A stretch of 39,539 nt of DNA from an uncultured Bacilli bacterium (GTDB lineage: Bacteria > Bacillota_I > Bacilli_A > RF39 > UBA660): assembly GCA_944364655.1 (NCBI GenBank), contig CALVWG010000036.1:1-39539 (forward strand), given 5' to 3'. The stretch's first letter is position 1, and every line of letters starts with the position of its first letter. Below the pieces are notes generated by a model. It saw only the letters and a program-made list of their open reading frames with translations. It was not told where the DNA came from and searched no databases. This document shows positions 8,895 through 18,266 of this stretch, piece by piece. Made by a program: the position numbers and the translations under genes.

Positions 8895-10835
8895 ATGAAA
8901 AAATTTAAATTTATAAGTCGATTATTTTTGTTTTTTTTGTTAAGTGGCATTATATGTTTAACCGGTATTTATGTTTATGCTTTTTTCTCACCTAAATTGG
9001 AACTTAAAAATATGGGAAAAGTATTTATATATGATAATGAAAATAATTTAATATATCAAGGATCAGGTTCGAATGATTGGATAAGTTTAAATGATATATC
9101 TCAAAATTTAATAGACGCTGTGATTAGTGTTGAAGATAAAAATTTTTATAATCATCATGGATTTGATTTTTTAAGAATTGGCAAGTCATTAGTAACAAAT
9201 ATTAAAAATAATACTAGAATTGGTGCTTCTACAATTAGCCAACAATATATAAAAAATATGTTTTTAACTTTTGATCAAACATGGGCTAGAAAAATAGAAG
9301 AAGCTTTTTTAACAATTGAGTTAGAGGTACATTATAGTAAAGATGAAATTTTAGAAGGCTATTTAAATACTATAAATTATGGTGAAGGAAATTATGGAAT
9401 TGAAGATGCTAGTCATTATTATTTTAATAAAAGCAGTAAAGATTTGACTTTAGAAGAAGCTATAATGTTAGCCGGAATTCCTAAAAATCCTAGCAATTAT
9501 AATCCGGTTAGTGATTATGAAGCGTGTATTGAAAGAGCTAAGGTTGTAGCTTTAAGTATGCTAAAAAATAAATATATTACTGAAGAGGAATATAATGGTT
9601 TATTTCAAAAAGAAATTCCTATTTATGGCAAAAGAGAACAAAATAATTCACAGATGATATTGTATTATCAAGATGCTGTTTTAAACGAATTATCAAATAT
9701 TAAATCAATTCCAACTTCTTTAATTGAATCCGGTGGTTTAAAAATTTATACTACTTTTGATATGGATGCTCAGACTAAAATGGAAGAAAATATTTTAAAA
9801 TATATGGGTAATCAAGACGAATTACAAATTGCTAGTGTTATGATTAATCCAACAACAGGTGGTGTAATGGCTTTAACTGGTGGATTAAATTATGCAAAAA
9901 GTCAATATAACCGGGCTATTCAAAGTAAAAGACAAGTTGGTAGTACTATGAAACCTTTTTTGTATTACGCTGCTTTAGAAAATGGTCTTGTTGCATCATC
10001 AACATTTAAAAGTGAAAAAACAACTTTTTATTTTTCAAATAATCAAACTTATTCTCCAAATAACTATAATAATATTTATGCTAATGAAGAAATCACCATG
10101 GCAGCGGCTATCGCTTTTTCTGATAACGTTTATGCCGTTAAAACACATTTATTTTTAGGTTCTGATGTTTTGGTTGATACAGCTCATTTAGCGGGGATTA
10201 ATGAAGAATTAGTTGGAAATCCTTCCCTAGCGCTTGGAACTAGTGAATTAAATATGCTTGACTTTGCAAATGGTTACACTACTTTGGCAAACGGAGGAGA
10301 TCAAAAAGATTTATATTTTATCTCTAAAGTAGAAGATTTAAATGGAAATGTTTTATATGAACATAAAAATAAACATAATTATGTTTTGAATAGTAATAGT
10401 GTTTATATTCTAAATGAAATGTTAACAAGTACAACAAATTCAGCTTATAGTAGTTACACTACACCGACAGCATTGTCTTTAGCATCTAAAATGAGTAGAA
10501 AATATGCTTTAAAAACTGGTACAACTAATACGGATTCATGGGTGGCTGGTTATAATCCGGAACTTTTAATGATGGTTTGGATAGGTAATGATGACGCTAA
10601 AGAAATAGATTCTACTGCTAGTTATTATTCTAAAAACATTTGGCTTGATACAATGGAAAGTTATTTAAGTGGCCATGAACCAATATGGTATGAAAAGCCT
10701 CAAAATGTTATTGGGCTTATTAGAGATGGAATAACTGGTAAAGAAGATCCTGAAAGCAAAAATAGTACTGTTCTTTATTATGTAAAAGGAACTGAGCTTA
10801 ATATTGAATCTGTTAGCACAAATGAAAAAGAATGA
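8895..10835 (+). CDS. class A penicillin-binding protein (glycosyltransferase GT51 plus transpeptidase)
   Basis: EDKNFYNHHGFD and RIGASTISQQ (GT51), then STMKP (SxxK), SDN (SxN) and KTGTT. I prefer the ATG at 8895, behind AGGTG, over the GTG at 8886. Confidence 0.92.
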   Translation: MKKFKFISRLFLFFLLSGIICLTGIYVYAFFSPKLELKNMGKVFIYDNENNLIYQGSGSNDWISLNDISQNLIDAVISVEDKNFYNHHGFDFLRIGKSLVTNIKNNTRIGASTISQQYIKNMFLTFDQTWARKIEEAFLTIELEVHYSKDEILEGYLNTINYGEGNYGIEDASHYYFNKSSKDLTLEEAIMLAGIPKNPSNYNPVSDYEACIERAKVVALSMLKNKYITEEEYNGLFQKEIPIYGKREQNNSQMILYYQDAVLNELSNIKSIPTSLIESGGLKIYTTFDMDAQTKMEENILKYMGNQDELQIASVMINPTTGGVMALTGGLNYAKSQYNRAIQSKRQVGSTMKPFLYYAALENGLVASSTFKSEKTTFYFSNNQTYSPNNYNNIYANEEITMAAAIAFSDNVYAVKTHLFLGSDVLVDTAHLAGINEELVGNPSLALGTSELNMLDFANGYTTLANGGDQKDLYFISKVEDLNGNVLYEHKNKHNYVLNSNSVYILNEMLTSTTNSAYSSYTTPTALSLASKMSRKYALKTGTTNTDSWVAGYNPELLMMVWIGNDDAKEIDSTASYYSKNIWLDTMESYLSGHEPIWYEKPQNVIGLIRDGITGKEDPESKNSTVLYYVKGTELNIESVSTNEKE

Positions 10836-10853
10836 TTTTAATTAATCATTCTT
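10828..10853. terminator. hairpin spanning the convergent stop codons of the PBP gene and the Noc-like gene
   Basis: AAGAATGATT (10828-10837) / AATCATTCTT (10844-10853) with a 6-nt loop. The flanking A/T runs are weak. Confidence 0.4.
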
Positions 10854-12053
10854 TATATTTATAGTCATTTGGTAATTTCCATTTAAATCAATTTCATCTA
10901 AAGATATTTTAAATCCTTGTTTTTCCATTTTTCTTACCATATCTCTGACTTCATTAATAGCTGTTTTTAAATCTATTCCTTTAGATTGCTCAACTATTTG
11001 TTCATAATTTGGATCTAATTTTATAACAGAATCCATTGGATCAACAATCTCATTTTCTTTTGAATCTTTTACTTCCTCAATAACATTATTAATGGAAGGT
11101 TGTTGTTCATCAAAAAGAAATGGCATTACAGTTTCATTTTCAGAATTTTTAACTGATTCATTTTCATTTAAACTAGAATCATCAAGTACTTCTATATTAT
11201 CTAATGAAGAATTCTTATTATTTTCAGGATTTGCTTCACTCATACTCATATTAGCAGCTTCATCTTCTAAGAAATTAAAAAATTTATTTGGAATATTTTT
11301 AATTTCTTTTTTTGTTTCATTTATTTGATTTGTATCTTGTTCCATTGAATTAACCTCTCTAATAGTATTTTGTTTATTAATATCAGTTGCGTTATTAATC
11401 AATTTATTCATATCAGGATTTATATTTACTAATGGCACATCCTCAGTTTTTTCACCTTTAGCTTTTTTTATTTCCATATCTAATTGCCTAACAGTCATTC
11501 TTTTAGCAATTATTTTTTTTAACCATTCTGCTTGCTCTTCTTTAGGAAGTACTAATAAACTTCTAGCATGTCTCTCGCTAATTTTTTCTTGTAATAAAGC
11601 ATCTTGAACTTCAGGAGCTAAATTTAAAAGACGTAGTTTATTGGCAATAGAACTTTGACTTACTCCCATCTTTTCAGCTAATTGTTCTTGAGTCATATAT
11701 CCTCTATCTAATAGATTTTTATAAGATTTAGCTTCTTCAATTGGTGTTAAATTTCTTCTTTGAATATTTTCAACTAAAGCTATTTCAGCACTTTTATTAT
11801 CATCTATGTTTGAAATAATTGCAGGAACTTGACGAAGTCCAGCCATAGTTGCAGCTTTAAATCTTCTTTCACCCGCGATTATTTCAAATTTGTTTCCTAA
11901 TCTTCTTAAAACCAAAGGTTGAATTATACCATGTTGTTTAATTGATTCTGATAATTCTTTTAAACCATCTTCATCAAATGCTAATCTAGGTTGAAATCTA
12001 TTAGGAATAATATCTTCTATTGCCACTTGTAATACTTTTTGTTCTGTGTTCAC
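10842..12053 (-). CDS. noc: ParB/Noc-family CTP-dependent DNA-binding protein, Noc-like, with a long low-complexity insert
   Basis: IPNRFQPR, GERRFKAA (the CTP-binding GERR box), and the HTH/recognition region GVSQSSIANKLRLLNL..ISERHARSL. The C-terminal domain TAINEVRDMVRKMEKQGFKISLDEIDLNGNYQMTINI resembles Noc as I recall it. It starts at a GTG behind AAGGGG and lies immediately downstream of rsmG. Confidence 0.8.
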   Translation of the reverse strand: MNTEQKVLQVAIEDIIPNRFQPRLAFDEDGLKELSESIKQHGIIQPLVLRRLGNKFEIIAGERRFKAATMAGLRQVPAIISNIDDNKSAEIALVENIQRRNLTPIEEAKSYKNLLDRGYMTQEQLAEKMGVSQSSIANKLRLLNLAPEVQDALLQEKISERHARSLLVLPKEEQAEWLKKIIAKRMTVRQLDMEIKKAKGEKTEDVPLVNINPDMNKLINNATDINKQNTIREVNSMEQDTNQINETKKEIKNIPNKFFNFLEDEAANMSMSEANPENNKNSSLDNIEVLDDSSLNENESVKNSENETVMPFLFDEQQPSINNVIEEVKDSKENEIVDPMDSVIKLDPNYEQIVEQSKGIDLKTAINEVRDMVRKMEKQGFKISLDEIDLNGNYQMTINIKND

Positions 12054-12089
12054 AAAAATCAGCCCCTTAATGCCTATTTTCTATAATCT

Positions 12090-12118
12090 ATTTTAGCAAG
12101 AATTTCCAATTTAAGCAA
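12090..12118 (-). promoter_or_regulatory. candidate sigma-A promoter for the Noc-like gene
   Basis: On the minus strand: TTGCTT (12118-12113), a 17-nt spacer, then TAAAAT (12095-12090). Confidence 0.4.
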
Positions 12119-12162
12119 TATTTATTTTTAAAATTATATGGCTTTTAAAAAAATAAGTTATA

Positions 12163-12192
12163 AACAAAAGAAGCTTATAGCTTCCCTTTTTT
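12163..12192. terminator. short hairpin terminator after rsmG
   Basis: GAAGCT (12170-12175) / AGCTTC (12179-12184) with a 3-nt loop. T-rich runs follow on both strands. Confidence 0.45.
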
Positions 12193-12222
12193 AGATAATT
12201 TTTTATTTAAATATTTTATTAT

Positions 12223-12924
12223 TTATAATTTTTTCTTTTTGATTTTATCATAAGTTCTTGGATATATTAAGTTTGTAACTTTATTCTTTTTTATGTTAAC
12301 AAGTGTTCTTAATCCACCATTTTCTGGTAGTTCAAATTCTTTTTGATCAATTATCTGACATGATAATTTATCAATAGTACTTAATGAATTTTTTAATTCT
12401 TCAGATACATTAGCTTTCATTACTAAAAAATTGCCATTTACTTTTAAAGCTGGAATATTTAGCTCCAACAAAATACGTAATTCAGCTACCGCTCTAGATG
12501 TTACAAAATCAAAATATTCACGATGACATCTTGTATAATCTTCTGCTCTACTATAGACTGTTTGAACATTTTTTAATTCTAATTTTTTAATGCATTCATT
12601 TAAAAAAGTAATTTTCTTATTGTTACTATCTAATAATGTAACTTCTAAATCTGGAAATATTATGGCCAACACAAGTCCAGGAAAACCTGCACCCGTTCCA
12701 ACATCTAAAAGTTTTCCTGTTTTTAAATTAGCAATTTTAACTAAAGTTAAAGAATCATAAAAATGTTTTAAATATATTTCATCAATTGTTTTAATAGCTG
12801 TTAAATTGGTATGTTGATTATATTCAATTAAAAATTGAGCATATTTGTCCAATTTTTCTTGCATGTCCTTTGTTAAATTAATATCTAATTTTTTTATTTC
12901 ATCATAAAATTCATTTTTGTTCAT
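12223..12924 (-). CDS. rsmG: 16S rRNA (guanine527-N7)-methyltransferase
   Basis: LLDVGTGAGFPGLVLAI SAM motif, with the conserved position downstream of mnmG (14-nt overlap). Confidence 0.93.
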   Translation of the reverse strand: MNKNEFYDEIKKLDINLTKDMQEKLDKYAQFLIEYNQHTNLTAIKTIDEIYLKHFYDSLTLVKIANLKTGKLLDVGTGAGFPGLVLAIIFPDLEVTLLDSNNKKITFLNECIKKLELKNVQTVYSRAEDYTRCHREYFDFVTSRAVAELRILLELNIPALKVNGNFLVMKANVSEELKNSLSTIDKLSCQIIDQKEFELPENGGLRTLVNIKKNKVTNLIYPRTYDKIKKKKL

Positions 12925-14782
12925 CTTTACCGTATTCTTTCTTTAAATAAACACTTAATATTGAAATATCTGCAGGATTAACGCCGCTTATTCTTGTTGC
13001 TTGACCTAATGATATGGGTCTTATTTTTTCTAATTTCTGACGTGCTTCAGATGCTAAATTTTTTACTTTTTGATAATCAATATCTTTAGGAATCATTTTT
13101 TCTTCTAACTTTTGCATTTTAGCAACTTCTTTGTATATTTTTTTAATATAACCATCATATTTGATCATTATTTCTAATTCTTCTTTTATTTCTTCAGAAA
13201 ATGGAATATTTACCATTTTTTCTAAAAATGTCAATGTTATTTCAGGACGTTTTATTAAATCATATAATGTTTCTGTTGAAGCTGGAATTTCTTTCTGATT
13301 TTCAACACATATTTTTTTATTATCTTCAGTAATTTTTAATTTAGTTTCTTTTAAGTATTCTTCACCTTTTTTAATAGCATTTAATCTATTTAAATAATTT
13401 TGGTATTGTTCTTTAGTAATACTTCCTACTTTATTCGCATATTCTCTTAATCTTAAATCAGCATTATCATGCCGTAAAATCAATCTAAATTCAGCGCGGG
13501 AAGTTAACATTCTATAAGGTTCAGCTGTTCCTTTTGTTACTAAATCATCAATTAATACTCCTATATATGCATCATTTCTTTTTAAAATTAATGGATCTTT
13601 ATTTTCTAGTTTTAATGCAGCATTAATACCGGCAATTAAACCTTGTCCTGCTGCTTCTTCATAACCACTTGTGCCATTTATTTGACCAGCAGTAAATAAA
13701 TTTTCAATTATTTTTGATTCAAGTGATGGTTTGATTTGTAAAGGATCTATTGCATCATATTCAATTGCATATGCATATTTAGTTATAATTGCATTTTCTA
13801 AGCCACTTAAACTATGAACCATTTTCTCTTGAATATCACGTGGCATAGAAGTTGAAAATCCTTGTAAATACCATTCATCATAATATAAACTTTCTGGTTC
13901 TAAGAATAATTGGTGTCTTTCTTTATCTTTAAAACGAACTAATTTATCTTCAATACTAGGGCAATATCTTGGACCTATTCCGGTAACATATCCTCCATAC
14001 ATTGCTGACTTATTTAAATTATCTAAAATTACTTTATGAGTATTTTGATTAGTATAAATTAAATAACATCTTTGTTGTTCATTTATTTTATAAGCTGGTG
14101 GATTATCAAAAGAAAATGTCCAATACCTGTTATCTCCATATTCTGGTTGCATTTTAGAAAAATCGATTGAGGAAGCTTTAATTCTTTGGGGCGTTCCAGT
14201 TTTTAATCTTTGAATATTAAAGCCATATTTTTTTAAATTGTCACTTAAATAATTACTTCTTGGTTCGCCATGAGGTCCTGATGGCGTATTTTCTGAACCA
14301 ATTAATACATTAGCTTTTAAATAAGTTCCTGTTGTTAAAATTACGGCATCGCAAAATATTTTATTTTGATCAGCAGTTATTACTCCTTTTACTTTATCTT
14401 TTTCTATTATTAAATCTTCTACTGTTGCTTCTAAAATGTCCAAATTATTTGTTTTTTCTAAGGCTTCTTGCATGTTTTTAGGATAAGTTACTTTATCTGC
14501 TTGAGCTCTTAATGATCTTACAGCAGGGCCTTTAGAATTATTTAACATTTTGATTTGAAAATGAGAAATATCAGCAATTCTACCCATTAATCCCCCTAAG
14601 GCATCTATTTCACGAACAATAATTCCTTTTGCAGTTCCACCAATAGATGGATTACAAGGCATATCACCAATATTTTTTTTATTCATTGTTATTAACAATG
14701 TTTTATGTCCTTTAAATGCAGCAATGTGAGCAGCTTCTATGCCAGCATGTCCACCACCTACTACTATAATTTCATATTTCAT
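12911..14782 (-). CDS. mnmG: tRNA uridine 5-carboxymethylaminomethyl modification enzyme
   Basis: YEIIVVGGGHAGIEAA FAD motif and GidA-length protein. I prefer the ATG at 14782; the ORF track starts at the GTG at 14791. Confidence 0.95.
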   Translation of the reverse strand: MKYEIIVVGGGHAGIEAAHIAAFKGHKTLLITMNKKNIGDMPCNPSIGGTAKGIIVREIDALGGLMGRIADISHFQIKMLNNSKGPAVRSLRAQADKVTYPKNMQEALEKTNNLDILEATVEDLIIEKDKVKGVITADQNKIFCDAVILTTGTYLKANVLIGSENTPSGPHGEPRSNYLSDNLKKYGFNIQRLKTGTPQRIKASSIDFSKMQPEYGDNRYWTFSFDNPPAYKINEQQRCYLIYTNQNTHKVILDNLNKSAMYGGYVTGIGPRYCPSIEDKLVRFKDKERHQLFLEPESLYYDEWYLQGFSTSMPRDIQEKMVHSLSGLENAIITKYAYAIEYDAIDPLQIKPSLESKIIENLFTAGQINGTSGYEEAAGQGLIAGINAALKLENKDPLILKRNDAYIGVLIDDLVTKGTAEPYRMLTSRAEFRLILRHDNADLRLREYANKVGSITKEQYQNYLNRLNAIKKGEEYLKETKLKITEDNKKICVENQKEIPASTETLYDLIKRPEITLTFLEKMVNIPFSEEIKEELEIMIKYDGYIKKIYKEVAKMQKLEEKMIPKDIDYQKVKNLASEARQKLEKIRPISLGQATRISGVNPADISILSVYLKKEYGKDEQK

Positions 14783-14806
14783 AATTTTCACTTCTTTTCT
14801 AGTTTT

Positions 14807-16162
14807 TTACTTTCCTAAACAAAATCTTTTAAAAATATTATCTACTAATTCTTCTTCGTAAGATTCTCCAATAATTTTACCTAAGTTTTCCCATGCTTCT
14901 TTTATTTCTATAGCTAACATGTCAACAGGAATATCTTTTTTGTTTTCTTCAATAACATGTTCAATATTTTTTAAAGCTTGTTTTGCTAATGTTATTTGTC
15001 TAGTATTAAATAAAAATGTTAAATCTTTGTAGCTCATATCATTTAATGAAAAAATATTTAATATTTCTTGTTTTAATTCTTCAATGCCTTTTTTATTAAC
15101 GGTGCTACCATAAATTATTTTTATTGATGTTTTAAATTCTGTTATTTTTGTTTCAAGATCAGTTTTATTTATAAATATTAAAGATTTTTCTTTTGGTAAT
15201 TCTTTCATTAAATTCTTATCTTCTTCTGTTAGATTTTCATTATTATTCAAAACTAAAATAGATATATCAGCTTTATTAGCTACTTCTTTACTCTTTTTTA
15301 CCCCAATTTGTTCTACTAAATCTTTTGTTTCTCTAATGCCAGCTGTATCTATAAAATTTAAATTTATACCGTGATAAGTAATTGTTCCTTCTACAATATC
15401 TCTTGTTGTTCCTGATATGTCAGTTACGATGGCTTTATCTTCTTCTAATAAAGTATTTAATAATGATGATTTGCCAACATTAGGTCGACCAATAATAGCT
15501 ATATTAATACCATTTTTAATAAGTTTGCCATTTTCTGATTCACTGACAATTTTTTGAAGTTCATTTTTTATTTCTGTTAAAGTTGGCTCAATATTCTCTT
15601 TAGTAATTATCAACTCATCAATATATTCCGGATAATCAATATTGACTTCAATATTAGCTAGTAATTGAACCATCTTTTCGCGTAAAGATTGAATTAATGA
15701 AGTTGTTTTACCACTTAAGCCATTTAAAGCCATTTTTCGAGCATTTTCATTTTTGGCTTCTAGTAAATCACTGACACTTTCAGCTTCTAATAAATTGATA
15801 CGTCCATTTAAAAAAGCTCTTTTTGTAAACTCACCTGGTTCAGCTAATTTAGCTCCATTAATTAGTAATAATTCTAGTATTTTATTTGCAGTTATATTTC
15901 CACCATGACAATTAATTTCAACTACATCTTCCTTTGTGTATGTTTTAGGTGCTCGCATAAGCATTACTAAAACTTCATCTATTATTTTTTCACCATCTTT
16001 TATAAAACCATAATGAATTGTATGTGATGGAGCTGTAATAAATTTTTTATTACTAAATATTTTATCTACTATAATTATAGCTTCTGGTCCACTAACTCTT
16101 ACAATATTTATTGCTCCAACTCCTAAACTACTTGTTGAAATCGCGGCAATTGTAGAATCCAT
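14807..16162 (-). CDS. mnmE: tRNA modification GTPase
   Basis: GRPNVGKSSLLN (G1), DTAGIRET (G3), NKTD (G4) and the C-terminal FCLGK motif. Confidence 0.95.
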   Translation of the reverse strand: MDSTIAAISTSSLGVGAINIVRVSGPEAIIIVDKIFSNKKFITAPSHTIHYGFIKDGEKIIDEVLVMLMRAPKTYTKEDVVEINCHGGNITANKILELLLINGAKLAEPGEFTKRAFLNGRINLLEAESVSDLLEAKNENARKMALNGLSGKTTSLIQSLREKMVQLLANIEVNIDYPEYIDELIITKENIEPTLTEIKNELQKIVSESENGKLIKNGINIAIIGRPNVGKSSLLNTLLEEDKAIVTDISGTTRDIVEGTITYHGINLNFIDTAGIRETKDLVEQIGVKKSKEVANKADISILVLNNNENLTEEDKNLMKELPKEKSLIFINKTDLETKITEFKTSIKIIYGSTVNKKGIEELKQEILNIFSLNDMSYKDLTFLFNTRQITLAKQALKNIEHVIEENKKDIPVDMLAIEIKEAWENLGKIIGESYEEELVDNIFKRFCLGK

Positions 16163-16213
16163 TTAAATTCACTTCCATTCGCGGGTATTATATCATTTTT
16201 TTGTTAATAAGTA

Positions 16214-16241
16214 AAAAATTATTTCCCGGGAAATAATTTTT
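16214..16241. promoter_or_regulatory. Noc-binding-site (NBS) palindrome, embedded in a 28-bp perfect palindrome that probably also terminates jag
   Basis: AAAAATTATTTCCCGGGAAATAATTTTT. The core TATTTCCCGGGAAATA at 16220-16235 matches the published B. subtilis NBS consensus ATTTCCCGGGAAAT. Confidence 0.7.
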
Positions 16242-16287
16242 AGTTTTAAAAGATTTTTATCATATATTATTAAATTTAAAAAGCAGA

Positions 16288-16890
16288 TTATTTATCTTCT
16301 GCTTTAATGATAATGTGACGATTAGGTTCTTCTCCTTCACTGACCGTTGAAACGCCTTTAAATTTTGCTAATTTATTATGAATTATTCTTCTTTCATATG
16401 AATTCATGTTTTCCAAAATTGCATCAGTTTTTGTTTCTCTAACTTCTTTAGCAACTTTTAAAGCTAATCTTTCTAAATATCTAATTCTTTTTTCTTTGTA
16501 ATTTTCAACGTCTAAAACTACTTTAGGATGAACATGCCAATCATTATTTATTTTGGCTTTTAATAAAGTTTCTAAAGCTTTTAATGTTTGACCATTTTTT
16601 CCAATCAAAATTGAATTATTATTTGAATACATAGTAATATTATATATTTCATCGTTAATACTTGTTTCAAATTTTACTTCTAAGCCTAATTCTACTATTA
16701 CATCTTTTAAATAATTCTTCATTTCTTCTAAAAGTTCTTGATATGAAATAGCAGAAACTTGATATATTTTTCCTTTAAATAGCCCTCCTTTTTTTTCTTC
16801 AGTAGTATAATATATATTATCTGTATGAAGAATGTTTTTTGCTTCTTCTACTGCTTCAATTAAAGTTTTTGCTTCTACTAAAGTTGGCAT
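16288..16890 (-). CDS. jag: Jag/KhpB RNA-binding protein (KH plus R3H domains)
   Basis: The C-terminal R3H-type ERRIIHNKL..STVSEGEEPNRHIII and the conserved position downstream of yidC. Confidence 0.88.
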   Translation of the reverse strand: MPTLVEAKTLIEAVEEAKNILHTDNIYYTTEEKKGGLFKGKIYQVSAISYQELLEEMKNYLKDVIVELGLEVKFETSINDEIYNITMYSNNNSILIGKNGQTLKALETLLKAKINNDWHVHPKVVLDVENYKEKRIRYLERLALKVAKEVRETKTDAILENMNSYERRIIHNKLAKFKGVSTVSEGEEPNRHIIIKAEDK

Positions 16891-16891
16891 T

Positions 16892-17920
16892 CTACTTCAC
16901 TTCCTTTTTGCTTTTTTTCTTTTCAACTTTTTTTTCTTTATGTTTAATTTCAATAACTTTTGAATCATGCTGATCTTTTGCTAATATTCTTTTAATTATA
17001 TAATTTTGAATTACAGCAAAACCATTTGTAACTATCCAATAAAAGGCTATGGCTGTAGGTAAACTAAATGAAGCTATAGAGATACTTATAATCATAAACA
17101 TAAACATAAAATTCATTTGTTTCATCATTTCATTATTTTGATCATTTTTCATAGTATTTTTAAATGAAATATATGTTGTAGCAACTATTAAGAATATTAA
17201 AACTATATAAATATATTGTCCTTCAGCTAAGCCTTTCCAAGGAGTCATACCAAGGTGCATTCCAAATAGCTGTCCTTCAAAAATTGCTGGAACTTCATTA
17301 ATAGCTGCTAAAAATGCAAAGAATAACGGAATTTGAATTAATGCAACTAAGCAGCCAGATACGGGATTAATTTTATATTTTTGATATACCATCATAGTTT
17401 CTTGACTTTTAGCCATCATAGCATCACTGTCTGTTCTGCCAGCATATTTCTTTTCTATTCGCGCAATCTCTGGTTGAGCTTTTTGTAAATTGTTTGACTG
17501 ACGCATGCTTTTAATTGATAGTGGCATTAAAATTAATCTAATTAATAACCCAACAATCATTACAGAAATACCAAAGTTATTAAATAAAAAGCCAACTTGC
17601 AAAATAATATAAGCTAATGGTCTTACCAATAAAGCTTGCCACAAACCATCATACTTATTTGAATTTAAATTGAAATCCTTACAAGAAGGTAGTTCCTCTA
17701 CAGGGGTATTTAATTGATCTGCATGACTTTCATATATTCTATATAACTCAGAATCTTTTTCTGGTTGGCATAATATATTTTTTTGAACACTTTGCCCAGT
17801 TACTTCATTTACAAGAATATTTCCATTCTCATCTTTTAAATAATCGTCAGAGCCACAGCCGCTTGCCATAAAAATAATGGCAATTAAAATTAATGCTAAT
17901 ACTCTATTTTGTTTTTTCAT
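16892..17920 (-). CDS. yidC: membrane protein insertase YidC/SpoIIIJ (lipoprotein type)
   Basis: Lipobox MASGCGS, multiple TM segments, the Oxa1-type core (LLIRLILMPL..) and a basic K-rich tail. Confidence 0.92.
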   Translation of the reverse strand: MKKQNRVLALILIAIIFMASGCGSDDYLKDENGNILVNEVTGQSVQKNILCQPEKDSELYRIYESHADQLNTPVEELPSCKDFNLNSNKYDGLWQALLVRPLAYIILQVGFLFNNFGISVMIVGLLIRLILMPLSIKSMRQSNNLQKAQPEIARIEKKYAGRTDSDAMMAKSQETMMVYQKYKINPVSGCLVALIQIPLFFAFLAAINEVPAIFEGQLFGMHLGMTPWKGLAEGQYIYIVLIFLIVATTYISFKNTMKNDQNNEMMKQMNFMFMFMIISISIASFSLPTAIAFYWIVTNGFAVIQNYIIKRILAKDQHDSKVIEIKHKEKKVEKKKSKKEVK

Positions 17921-18248
17921 TGTTTCTCCTTTTCTCTACTAAATCTAAAAAACTTGATTTTAAATCCTCAAAATTTAAATCTTTAGTGCTTTCTTTCATT
18001 ATTATAATATAATCTTTATTGATGTTCAAATTTTTTTTCCATTCATCTATAATAACCCGCATTCTTCTTTTTAATTTATTTCTGTTTACTGCATTACCTA
18101 ATTTTTTTGAAACTGCTATTCCAAAGTGTGGATAATCATAATTTCCTTTCCTTATATATATAGTGAAATTTTTATTCTTAATATATTTTTCATTTTTGAT
18201 AATTTTGTTAAACTCTTCATGCGATTTAATCATTTCTATTTTTTTCAT
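17904..18248 (-). CDS. rnpA: ribonuclease P protein component
   Basis: 114 aa and basic. GIAVSKKLGNAVNRNKLKRRMR matches the RNR motif region. It lies between rpmH and yidC. Confidence 0.92.
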   Translation of the reverse strand: MKKIEMIKSHEEFNKIIKNEKYIKNKNFTIYIRKGNYDYPHFGIAVSKKLGNAVNRNKLKRRMRVIIDEWKKNLNINKDYIIIMKESTKDLNFEDLKSSFLDLVEKRRNNEKTK

Positions 18249-18266
18249 TAGTGTTCTCCCCTATTC

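Noticed and set aside
11092-11328. 78-aa ORF antisense to the Noc-like gene
   Set aside because: It is generated by the low-complexity (N/E/S codon) insert of the real gene and has a Ser/Phe-rich nonsense translation.
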